DNA of 64,000 nucleotides from positions 85,994,001-86,058,000 of the forward strand of contig OZ076410.1 of NCBI GenBank assembly GCA_964187785.1, read 5' to 3'. Positions 24,231 to 35,479 of the stretch are shown here, piece by piece. Positions within the stretch are counted from its first letter, which is position 1. Each line of letters begins with the position of its first letter. The DNA comes from Amphiscolops sp. MND2022 (Eukaryota). Position numbers and translations under genes: made by a program. The notes beneath the pieces are model-generated. The model did no database searches, had not been told where the DNA came from, and was given only the letters and a program-made list of their open reading frames with translations.

Positions 24231-26064
24231 CCCATTATGACATTCCAATATCAATCAATTATGCAAACATTAAATCCCCTCTTTTTGATTCTGATGAATC
24301 CCAATCTGATGAAAACTCATCACCATATCTCAAATGTCAAAACCCTTAAAATCATCCATGACACCAATTTACAATTCCACAAATCTTTTCTCGAAATGTT
24401 ATTCAAATAACAAAATGAATGATAACCCATCTTTCAAACAAATCAATAAAACTCATCAAAACGATACACCTACTCACTGAAACGCAATCCATCTCAAAAT
24501 CTTTTACCTAACACCCCGAATGACAGAAACGTTAAAACACATTATTCACTTGAGACGTCAACCAAAAAAAGAATTAGGTTCTTTTCATTCGACCTTCAAA
24601 ACTTTGAAGAAAATCACTCGTCATACCAACCTAGATGAAACCTGGTAACACTGGAATAAAATCGAAGAAACATAGTCTTCACTGAACTTAGTTATCAATG
24701 TACTATCACCCTGGAATCTTCTTCTGATACATCTTCTTTTGTTCCAAATCTAAAATCCAATTCTGACGTCCAAACTTCTATAAACACTCAAACTCGAAAC
24801 GTAATTTCCGTAACTCCATCCAAAAGATCAAAACCACAAAGTACAGATACATCTTCTAAGTATCTACACCTTCCTCTCATACTAGTAGACCACCTATCCC
24901 TGAAATTCATATTACACCTCGTTCTCAATCTGAATCATCGCCATCTTATACTTCTTTAGTACAAATACCAAGCTCAAAATCTGTTCAACGATAGATAAAG
25001 ATAAAGTACAAACACCCCAAAGCTAATGAAACTGTTAGACTACAACCTCAACTAAATCTTGTACCTATACCAAATACTGACAAGAGGCACTACCTTCATT
25101 GCTACTACCTTCTAAAACATACGCAACAACAACATCAAAACATCCTCCTCTCAAACCTCTTAGAAAATCATCTACTTTACTATTAAACCTTTTTAGACAA
25201 CTCTTCTGAATATATACCGTCACAAGAATCAACAAGCTCACTCTTATTTTCAAATCATAGATATAACCCCAAAACTTTTCCTACACGAAGCACAGTTACT
25301 TCAACACTCAATTTTTCTGCTCTTTCAAGCAACTCTGCATTACGTTTGAAAGACAACACACACAACATCTATCTTTTAATACACATTCATCCGAATTTGT
25401 TCCACAATCATATCTAACATCTACGTTCAAACAGCATACCTTTCAGGCAATCTCTTTTTCAAGTTTTATCTACCTAATCCTGCTCCTGCCTACGTACGAC
25501 TTCCTGAATATTATACGGCAAATCATTCTCGTCCTCCGCCTCCTAAGTTTGCAAACTATCCAATACGATTTGAAGGTATTATCCAAAAAACGATCCGTGT
25601 GTCCCAAATCTTACGGAATGCTTCATTCCAACAAACGATTCTTTTTCAAACAAAAGAAAAGAAACAGAACTTATAATACTCCAATCCTCGATTTTAGAAC
25701 TCAAATTTGATTTTAATGTCAAACTTCAAGGCTTAAATCCTCACCCAGTTTTTCACGTTTCAAAGATAGATCACAAAACAAACCCGGCTCCATTTGAAGT
25801 AAATCATATTGAGTTAGAAAGAGATCCTCAATTTCCAACCTTGACATATGCCAAAATAGTAATTTACAACCCATACTCAAGCCTCGAATTTACTACTTCC
25901 ATTTAAATTACATCTTTGATGTAACTCAAATTTTACAAAATTCTTTCCTTCTAACGTTCAACTCCTCCTTTCCCATCGCACCAACTGATACAGAAAACTA
26001 TCTTCCATCAGAAAATCCAAATTTTACAAATCTTATGGTTTCTCACTTTGACTAAGAAAAAAAA

Positions 26065-27545
26065 ACGATCTTACACAATTTAATCCATTAAATGTGAAGT
26101 ATAGCCCTGAAGCTCGTTCTAACAAACAACATGCTAACGTTGAACCTCGAGTCTATGTTAGAGCAAAGGCTAAATGTATTAAGGCTTACAAATGTGTTGC
26201 TTATGTAAAAAAGGTAAGAACGATTTATTTCCAAGGTTCTGGTAAAAATCGACGTAACGACAGAACAGTATGGAACCATAATACAATGTCACTCCCTGTT
26301 ACACCTGATACTCTTGAATGCAAAAACATTAATAAACACCTCTATGGTACAAACAACAAAAATTGAACACTACTTTTACAGCAAAACCTTTACACTTTTA
26401 GAAGATCATTACTTCCAAGAAAAATTAGAGCAAGATCACATTCTTTTTACTGTAAACCAAATGAATAAAATGTTCACAGGTACTTTCATTTTAATGCCTG
26501 AAGACAAAAACTGGGTTTATGATCAACTACAAACCCCTTATCACATCTGTCTTGCCCTGCATCAATTTGAAGTCAACCTTGTTAGTTAGCGATTAGAATT
26601 TTCTGAAATAGAACTATTGTGATACTGAAGACGTCATGATTATTGACGGTCATAATCTTCCACGCTATTTTGAAGACGGTTTCTCACAACACTTGCCATG
26701 TCAGTACCAACTCTTCAACTTGCTGGATTCTCTTAACGGGAAATCGTAGTAATTTTTTAAATTGTTGAAAGCTCAACTGCTTGGCTTTACGATTGTCCAC
26801 ACTTTCTCTCTACTTTGAACAAAGCTGATCGATGTTTCAATCGCATACCTATACACTTCAAACACACTCCTGTGCATGTTGGCTTCAACAAGACAAACCT
26901 ATGATTATGCTACTCCTATCACATGTGATAAATTTCATCGAAAAACTATAGAAGTAGAATCTGATTCAGACGATCAATTTTTTTTACAATCTAGGACAAG
27001 AACCTATTATACGAAAACCACCACTCATGTTTACACCTTCTCAAATTAAAACTACATTAAGCCCTTACACTTTCACCGCCCAGGATGCGGGAAAATAATC
27101 TAATGCCGAACTAGATCAATTTCCGAACAGAATTTCTTTTTCTAACCATTCTGACTCTACGATTCAACTTTCAGGAACAGCTCTTATTTATTCCTTCATT
27201 CCTTCTAATACTCCTGATTACGATGCAAATTCACCTCATGACAATCCTTATAGTACACTATGAATTAGTTTACTTGACAAATTTTTGAATATAATTCCTC
27301 TTTTCACACCTACATGGTTTTCCGATGCTTTCATCTCTTTATTTGGATACCCATGTTATATCTTAACCCAATATGGAATACATTATTTTTACGTTCCTTT
27401 TTATACAAGCAACTATTACACTCCTCATAAATTTTTACAAACCATTTCAATTAAATACAACCTACAACAAACTTCACTATATTTAGTTCCATTGCACATG
27501 GTTTATTTAATATTCTCACAGCCGAAATGGTAAATGACTTAAATA
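26065..27545 (+). pseudogene. env-like viral-glycoprotein-type ORF, decayed
   Basis: Lies after the integrase and before the 3' LTR. Cys-containing ectodomain remnants VYVRAKAKCIKAYKCVAYVKK, TLECKN, IDGHNLPRYFEDGF, CFNRIPI, YDYATPITCD, then a hydrophobic TM-like segment FTPTWFSDAFISLFGYPCYILTQYGIHYF. Confidence 0.65.
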
Positions 27546-27699
27546 TTACCAATCATAAAAGACCTAAGTTAACAATTGAAGATTCTAAATCACCTCCTCT
27601 GACACATATAACTGATAACCCAATTGAGGATTCTTCTAATTTTGATGATCAAACGAATGATTCTACTAATCCCACTGGTATTACAAAATGTCCAAAAAG

Positions 27700-30200
27700 A
27701 CTCAACAAAATGGCACGCTATAAGTTCTTCCAAAACGAAAACAATCCGTTCATCACAAAACCAATGATGATACTTCACAACGTAATACTCCGACAGTACA
27801 AAATCCCACATTACCAAATTATTCAAGTGTCATCACAAATACTAAATATTATCCCATGAATATTATCAATCAAGTTAATACTGAAAATGACAGCCCTGTC
27901 AAGATATATTGAAAAACAAATTGTTTTTTTCTTCAACCATCTTCTCAGACTCAGTCATTCCAACCTCTACATCTCCTACAGAACACTCGCAAACCACACC
28001 ACATTTTCTTCACTCAGTCTCAACTACAACAACTTTCAAACATTGAGCTTCTTCCTCCACATGAAATCACCCCAGTTCTCAAAACAACTATAAATTGTCC
28101 TAAAAACCCGACATTGAAAATTCGTGTGTTGGCACCTCCAACAACAACACTTGACAAACACACTCGTTAGTGAAAATTTTTTATTCAACTCTATATTCTA
28201 ACAAAATGACACAAGCCCAGCTTGATCTTCAAACACAACTGGAACAAAATACTTCTGCTCTCACCACATCACCTCTCTTTAACGATCAAAATCCTCCAGA
28301 TACTTTACATGGAACACCACCTACACCATAAAAGAATACGAGATAATAAAAGATCCTATATTTCTCTTTTCACCGATATTACCGCCTATATTACCTTCCA
28401 AACCTTCACTTTCAACAAATCGCTTCTACATCTCATCCCAATACTCTCACTTCACAAATTCACACAAAGTCACTTTTAAAGCACAACTCACTTTTCTTTT
28501 TATGAATTTAACTGACTTCACTTTTCCTTTTTATGACAAAAATCAAGATTTCTTCAACTCAATTGCATCCAAAGTAATGTATCCATACCAATAATGACTT
28601 GACAATGGTGTATAAATCTTTTCTTTACAGTTCAATTCTCTTCGTCATCGATCTCCATCTAAAAACCGATGAAAATGACTCAGCTTCTCTATAAATTGCA
28701 CAATAAGCTACCCATCACACAACATACACTAATTTTCTTCAACAGACAAAACCACACAACTATACATTCGCAAATTACAAATATACTTCACCATTCACAA
28801 TAACAAATCTGTACACAATCGATCACTCCAAAATTACAGGACGTCTCTGCAAATCTGACCGAATTAAACAGTATTTCTGTTAACTGCCATACAATGATAC
28901 ATCACGTCCACTGATTGTACCGCAAGAATATCTAATACATATTGACGATCTTTTGTTGCCCTGCAACATTCCTACACAAATCGGAAAATCGCTAGCCATT
29001 ATTATACATCTTGTTTGTTCTCCTTTAGATGAAGAAGACACATCCTATTATACTGCTCTTTCTAAACATGCACACTCATATAATGAACTGCTCTTAAGTT
29101 CCGCTAAAGTAATTTCTTTTATGGTACAGTCCGAAAAAAATCTGAACACAAACCTCCACCTATTGAACATACGTCTCCCATTCGCACAGTAAATACTTCC
29201 GAAAACTTTCATCACTCCTCAAAGCTCGCACACTTCGCGACATGACACAACTGTTAGAACCATATAACCGAAACCCATCTGACTCCCTCATCACCACTCT
29301 CACACATATCACACACAATTATGACTGAACACACATACTCGTACCCACACTAGACCTCGATTCACAACGTATAAACCAATCATCACAAGCAAAAAAATCT
29401 GCTCTTGAATCCATGACCTTCTTTTTTCACTCAACTAATCTACATTAAATCTTCAATCAGGTAATACAATTTTTTAATTTTTCTAACTTTGGACCCTCTA
29501 GGACTGAACTGCCCAATATTGGACACTAGTGATCTACATGACTTTTGATACAGGTAACATTCTCTCTGGCGTCAACGAAAAAATCAAACAAGTTAGCACC
29601 TAACTGTGAAACTACATAACAGCAAAAAAGTATTTGACGTGACATACTTCTGTTCTCAGTTTTTCCTTGTTTTAGAAACGCCAATTCTTCCTCTTCCTTC
29701 TTCTTTGCCTCCTTGGCTAACTCGAACTACTGTCACGTCGTACTATCAAAACTCCTCTCACACCTCAACTACCGTCACGTTTAACCATCAAGATTCCTCT
29801 CAACATGCCTCCACCCCAAGACCTTAAACAAAAAAAATAAATTAGTTTCCTCTTCATCTCCAAAGGTTCACACCCTTAAAGCTGCAATCTTCCATACAAT
29901 GTTCTTCAAACTATTGTTTGAGATAAATCATAAACAAATTCAAACCCTACTCGCCGTTCATTTCTTAAAGGTATTTATAATATCTCTCAATTTAGAACAA
30001 ACACAGTATTCCATTCGAGAATATTACCGTCTACATATTGGAGGACCCAAAATAGCTATCTGCGAAACGCTGTCTTTGTGGTAGATTCTTCCTACATGCG
30101 AAAATACCACTACTATAATGTCGCATTACAAGAAGCTAAGAACGTTTTTACTGCAGTCCTCCGTGATTTTGGCTACCACTAAAAATTAGACAAATAAAAC
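27700..30200 (+). pseudogene. Two or more decayed accessory ORFs of family B, of unknown function
   Basis: Peptides QYFC*LPYNDTSRPLIVP (28865-28925) and FVVDSS..LQEAKNVFTAVLRDFGY (30070-30180) have protein-level matches in the other family-B copies. Confidence 0.7.
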
Positions 30201-31331
30201 TCGAACATACATCCCCCACAGCCTTCACAAAAATATCCATCCTCCAAGAAGAAAAGGCTTCTTGAAAAGCTCACCTCTTCATCGTGTCACGTTGTATTTC
30301 TTCACTTTTAAATCTTCACTTTCCTCTGACCAACCCATCCTCACTGGTCACTTCAACGTCCCCTCTGATGAACTGCTGGTCACTGGTCACCTCTCGCACA
30401 TCGTCGATATCCACATATTAGTCACTGGTCGAACCCGTCTTCTTCTGTCATACACAGAACTCAATGTGTTTCAAACTCGAACTGACAATGAACTGACTGA
30501 ATAACAATCAGACCTTTTAATTGTGTACTCTTAATATTCAAACCGTGTTAACAAAATTCTGTAGTCTTAATTAGCGATTATTATCTTACTATTCATCATT
30601 TAATTGCAATCTTATATAAACACATTTATTAGTGTTATAATAATCTCATAATAACACTTTAACCACCATCATTCTTAGTAGTACTTTTGTAATCTTGTGA
30701 CCCGTAATAATTTGTGCGTAGTGCAAAACATAATACAATAATAACTGACTTTTTTTTACAGTAGAAAAGCTTATCTAATGACACAAAATTATTATTTTCT
30801 ATTTCTAGTACATGAAAAAATCCCAAACGTTTTCTTTGATATTGGAGACAATTGCAATTTGAAACACTTTTCTTTGCTTCCACTTCACTAGTCACTTTCG
30901 TTGAAAATGAACTCGAACTAGAACATTGACTTTTCAAAACTTCTTCACCCTTGGTTCAAACACCCGCCATCAACTTCATAGTAGACTTCTTCAACTCAAA
31001 ATGTTTTCAATCCTAACTAACTCATTTGATGAACACAAATTTTTCTAAAAATGCCGATGGCAGATACTATAACGTTTAGCCAAAAGTAGTAACCAAGTTG
31101 TCAATCAATTACCCGAACGAAACTCTCAGTCACTTTAAACTGAAACTGTGCACCAATTTGAACCGTCAATCACATAAGAAGTCAAATCGACATAGAATGT
31201 TTTCACTCCTTAAGTATGATACACCTTTAGAACAAAAAACATGCATACAACATCTGAAACAAAAACTTTTAGAACTCCTCACTTCCAAAGTGCAGATATA
31301 TAAATTTAATTTTCAATTATTCCCGGTTGGC

Positions 31332-31768
31332 TGTCATGTCATTGCATGACCTCAAGTACTTTCAAAAATTTAGATATACCCACATTCTCTGACTAGATAA
31401 TTAGACAGATGTCACTTATCTAGAAGCTAATACTTCATTATTATATTGCTGACATTCGGTGATAAAATCATTATAGATTTAATCCCATTACTGTCATAAT
31501 ATAATGATTTGAATTATACTTAATCTCTATAATCATTTATGTAACTGCTGAAAATATAGACTCAGAGAGAGAAGAATTCGATCTGTTGAAAAGTCGTCCT
31601 TTCGTAAGAATAAGAAAGAAAGACCTACCTGAGATCTCAAAATAGTGAAAAGAAAGATAGCTAACTAAAGAAAGCGAAACTCTGTTAAGACTTAGACTTC
31701 TTATGTTCACCAAATAAAACTGAACATCCAACAAGTCTTTAACAGCTCACTTGGCATATACGTTAACA
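31332..31768 (+). repeat. 3' LTR-like segment of the plus-strand family-B element (right end uncertain)
   Basis: Starts TGTCATG after CCCGGTTGGC; the same boundary motif is seen at 20053, 36981 and 37281 on the minus strand. Confidence 0.6.
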
Positions 31769-32743
31769 CGAAATTTTTAAGGTATGAGAAGCAGAATTTC
31801 ATGACTGCGCGTTTTTTGGGCACTCTGCAACTTCAGGAGTGTAGTCTGGCCTTTAATGTTTTTCTAGATTCTTTTCTAATAGTTTTTACTGTATATTTAG
31901 CAGAATCAGAGGAGGGAACATAAATTCCATCTTAGAGTTTTTCGACAATATGCGAATCACAAAAAACTAAACAAAAAAGTTCACGAAATTGTTTGTCCAT
32001 ATAAATTTTGGTTTTTGTCTGGTTGTCTTTGAAAAGTACCATTTTTCGAATTTCCAAAGTGACCTCTCTGATCTTTTTTGGTCCTGTGGAACGGATGATA
32101 GTATTTTTCTCAGAAATTAACATAGAGGAGACCTACGGTTTTTGTCGCCACTTTGCTTTTTCCGATTTTTTTTGTTCGGCCAAAGGGTACCGACCCAATT
32201 TAAATAATTTTTTGGCTTGAAAGCAGCGTTTAGAGAGCCTATTGTTCCTCTTTCAGCACCATATAAGATTTTACGTAATGAAAAATGCCTAAATTGCAAA
32301 AACTCGTTTTTTTATGTTTCCAGTTTGCAAAAAAAAAAGTTTTTGAGTCTTATGAAAATCGCTTCAGGTATATTTCGGCACTGAAAAATTGATGAAAGTT
32401 TAGGAACTGAGTCGATTCGCGCATTGAAAACGTTGATTTTTTCTTCTGTCACTTCGAAATGTCCTTATTTATTAAGTTTCATAAATTTCACACGAGTTTG
32501 CCGTGGTAAGTGCGTGGCCGCTAAGCAATGGTGAGTGGTTCGAAAACACTTTCACTTTTTACTTTCCTTTGGATTTTGTAATTTCACAACAAATTGTATC
32601 CCCATTTTTGAAGTTTTCGGTTCGAAAAGAGGGTTTAGCGAGCTTAAACGATCTCCTTCCGGGATCTTTGTCCTTATGCGACTTTTGTACATAACTTTGT
32701 ACGTTGTACAGTCCATTTGGACGTTGTAACGTCCATTGTACCG

Positions 32744-33991
32744 ATGGCGACTGCAAACAATTTTCACCACCACCAGCAGCAACAACAACAACAACAACAA
32801 CAATCACTACTACGGCCACTCCCAGTGANNNNNNNNNNNNNNNNNNNNNNNNNNNNNNNNNNNNNNNNNNNNNNNNNNNNNNNNNNNNNNNNNNNNNNNN
32901 NNNNNNNNNNNNNNNNNNNNNNNNNNNNNNNNNNNNNNNNNNNNNNNNNNNNNNNNNNNNNNNNNNNNNNNNNNNNNNNNNNNNNNNNNNNNNNNNNNNN
33001 NNNNCAATACAGATGGAACGAAATAGAACAAAAATACCAATTTAATGTACGATTCCCACACCATCAAAGAATAGGCCAAAGCCGAAGACTTTATTATTTA
33101 TACGAATCTGAGTTTTTTTCCGAATCGGTAGGGCTTGGCAAAATCGCTACGTACGATATGAGAAGGATTGAGGAAAACATTCGCAATCTTAGTTCTGTTG
33201 AGAAGATCACGCCACCATTTCGTCCCGGCAGATCAAAAGAAGAGTCAATGAAGATTGATTTCAGAGCCCACAACGCCAACTGGCAGAGATTGCAGCAGTG
33301 TGAAAATGAGAGAGAAATGATTAACATGCTCATAGAGTTTCGAGAACTCCGGCAAGCCTTGTGCTTTGAACCCAGCTTTGTTAGCACTGAATACGAGAAT
33401 TTTAGCAAGCGAAACAGATACGTTACAGAATTAAAGTTCGAGACACGTCGCTTATCCAGGAAAATTTTGAAAGAAAACCCAAAAGTCTTATTACTTCTGG
33501 CTCAAACGGCTCGTGAGGTGCCCTTCCAGTTGAACGCACTTTGCGTGGTTCACTGGATTCCTTGGAGACGTTATTTTAACACCAATAACTGCCTTTTTGA
33601 CGACATTAGCATGTTCGATGCTATGCAGAAGCGTCATATTGTCCCACTGAGCGCAGACTATGTTGCTGATATGATACGCAACCGAGAGAGTCCGCTCGTG
33701 AGAATGATAGATTTTGACGATCCTCATCCATTACAAGATGATGATTGTCTGTTAGAGAGGAATGGATATATGAAGGGCTGTATCCCAATTTGGTACAGGT
33801 CATGGTCAACCCCAAGCAACCAGATAGATATCGCACAAGACATGCAACTCGCGACGTCAATGCAAGAAGACCAAATTAGATCAAATCTGCCCCTACTAAG
33901 TAATCGGGAGATACTGGACCGAATACGTGCACTGCGAGTGCAGGAAACTCTAGGACAAAGAAGACTGGTTTGCCACCCAGCTAGTTTTTAG
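32744..33991 (+). CDS. Orphan ORF of unknown function; poly-H/Q N-terminal segment before the gap, 329 codons after it
   Basis: 33005-33991 has no stop and is more GC-rich than its flanks. ATG at 32744 is followed by MATANNFHHHQQQQ. Frame continuity across the N gap is unverified. Confidence 0.7.
   Translation: MATANNFHHHQQQQQQQQQQSLLRPLPVXXXXXXXXXXXXXXXXXXXXXXXXXXXXXXXXXXXXXXXXXXXXXXXXXXXXXXXXXXXQYRWNEIEQKYQFNVRFPHHQRIGQSRRLYYLYESEFFSESVGLGKIATYDMRRIEENIRNLSSVEKITPPFRPGRSKEESMKIDFRAHNANWQRLQQCENEREMINMLIEFRELRQALCFEPSFVSTEYENFSKRNRYVTELKFETRRLSRKILKENPKVLLLLAQTAREVPFQLNALCVVHWIPWRRYFNTNNCLFDDISMFDAMQKRHIVPLSADYVADMIRNRESPLVRMIDFDDPHPLQDDDCLLERNGYMKGCIPIWYRSWSTPSNQIDIAQDMQLATSMQEDQIRSNLPLLSNREILDRIRALRVQETLGQRRLVCHPASF
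32829..33003. other. Assembly gap (175 N)
   Basis: Run of N. Confidence 1.
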
Positions 33992-34210
33992 GAGTCGGAA
34001 AAAATTTCGACTACTTATGCAATCCTGTCGTTGGTTTCTCCACACCTTTCAATGAAAAACTCTAATTTCTCAAAAACTGTCCACACATTTTAAAAAAAAA
34101 TTTTGCTGAGTCATTCTACACATAGGACCGTAATATGGTGTAGAATGACTGCAGAAAATATCACTCGAATCGTAAAGACAGTTTTTGCGAAAATTGATGA
34201 AACCTTGTAA
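33990..34210 (+). mobile_element. Truncated and internally inverted copy of Helentron-like non-autonomous family H1
   Basis: Begins AGGAGTCGGAAAAAATTTCGACTACTTATGCAATC as at 40045 and 58539; the core then continues in reverse complement. Confidence 0.75.
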
Positions 34211-35007
34211 ACTGTTGAAAGAAATAGCCCCAGTTTCTAAGGTTCTATTCGTGCAGAAAAGTCATGGTGCAGCTCGGGTTCGCACCCTGACCTACTGTTT
34301 GGCATCTGGAGCCCGTAGCAACCCGTCCACCGTGACTAAATTGTCCACTAAATTATGTCACTAAGTGATTTTTGGTAGAATTTAGAGAACAAACGCAACA
34401 CAAATGATGATTTTCCTGCCTTTAAGTTTTGGGTAGCTTTTTAAATATAATTCAAACCCAGAAACATGTGCTACGGGGTTAGAGGTACGGATACGAGAGC
34501 TGCGATACTCACATATTCCGTTGGTGAAAAGGCTTCCGTTGGTTTCTGTACAAAACGATTTTGAGGTGAAAGAATACGCCGAAATCATTCAAAATAAAAT
34601 TTTTGGAGAGTCTAATTTGTCCACAAGGCTTCTACCCCTTGAAAAATCAAAATTTGCAACTTAAAAGAAGAAAATTTCAAACAAACAGATTAAGAGAATC
34701 GCACTAAGCCTGAGGATTGAGCACACTGGTGTTTCTACTTAGAATGTGTCTGTTCGAATCAGTGTGAAATTTTGACGGAGGTCGTTGTTGCGACTCTCAG
34801 ACTTTAGACAAATGGGTTACTTGTGAGAGCCATGTAATTGTTTCATCGGTATCTCGATACTACGACCCAACTCAAAAATAACAGGTAGTTAACTCCCAAT
34901 TTATATTAATTGTTTCAGCTATGCTTATCTCTGAGTCCCCATATGTTTTCACCCTTAAAAAGTCGTCTTCGAACGTTATTTTTGATTTGGAAAAAATGTG
35001 TACTTTT

Positions 35008-35345
35008 AGTCGGCACCTTTTTCCTTTTAAGGAAAAGAGCCCGACTAATACAATTGTAAATTTGTTTCGACAGATAACAGAATGTATGCGCACTGAACAC
35101 TTTTCACTGAAATACTAAACTACTGGATCGGCCAGCGAAACGCATATAAGGTAGTGCAAAGGGTCCCCTTTTCGTGTACTCAATTTTTAACGTAAGATAC
35201 AAAACCGGACGGGGCTCTAGGGTCCCTCCTTTGAATTTTTATGGCACTGTGCGACTTTTTTCCAATATTTTTTGTTGTCTCCAAAGGTTCCTCTTTCAAT
35301 TTTTTTGATGTTTTGCAGCAAACGGAAGCTTGAAAAAGCTTGAGA
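35008..35345 (+). mobile_element. 3'-truncated copy of Helentron-like family H2
   Basis: AGTCGGCACC...GAGCCCGACT 5' hairpin and core blocks (CTACTGGA.CGG, GGGTCCCC) shared with 41641-42161. Confidence 0.7.
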
Positions 35346-35479
35346 TTTGGCAAAATTTGGTAAAAAGCAACACAGATCATGATTTTCCTCCCCCATAAGA
35401 ATATTTGGAAAACAAAAAGTTGGGTTTGTCCGGAGTTGCAGAAGTTACCAAACTTTGCTTTTCAGGTTTCTTTTAATGC

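Larger units (their letters stand above)
22176..31768 (+). mobile_element. Large decayed Gypsy family-B element, 5'-truncated: pol tail, env-like gene, accessory ORFs, 3' LTR
   Basis: Integrase remnants, glycoprotein-like remnants and a 3' region homologous to the two minus-strand copies. Confidence 0.85.

Noticed and set aside
34261-34336. Functional tRNA gene
   Set aside because: T-loop TTC is changed to TGC, there are extra bases between T-arm and acceptor stem, and no clear anticodon arm.
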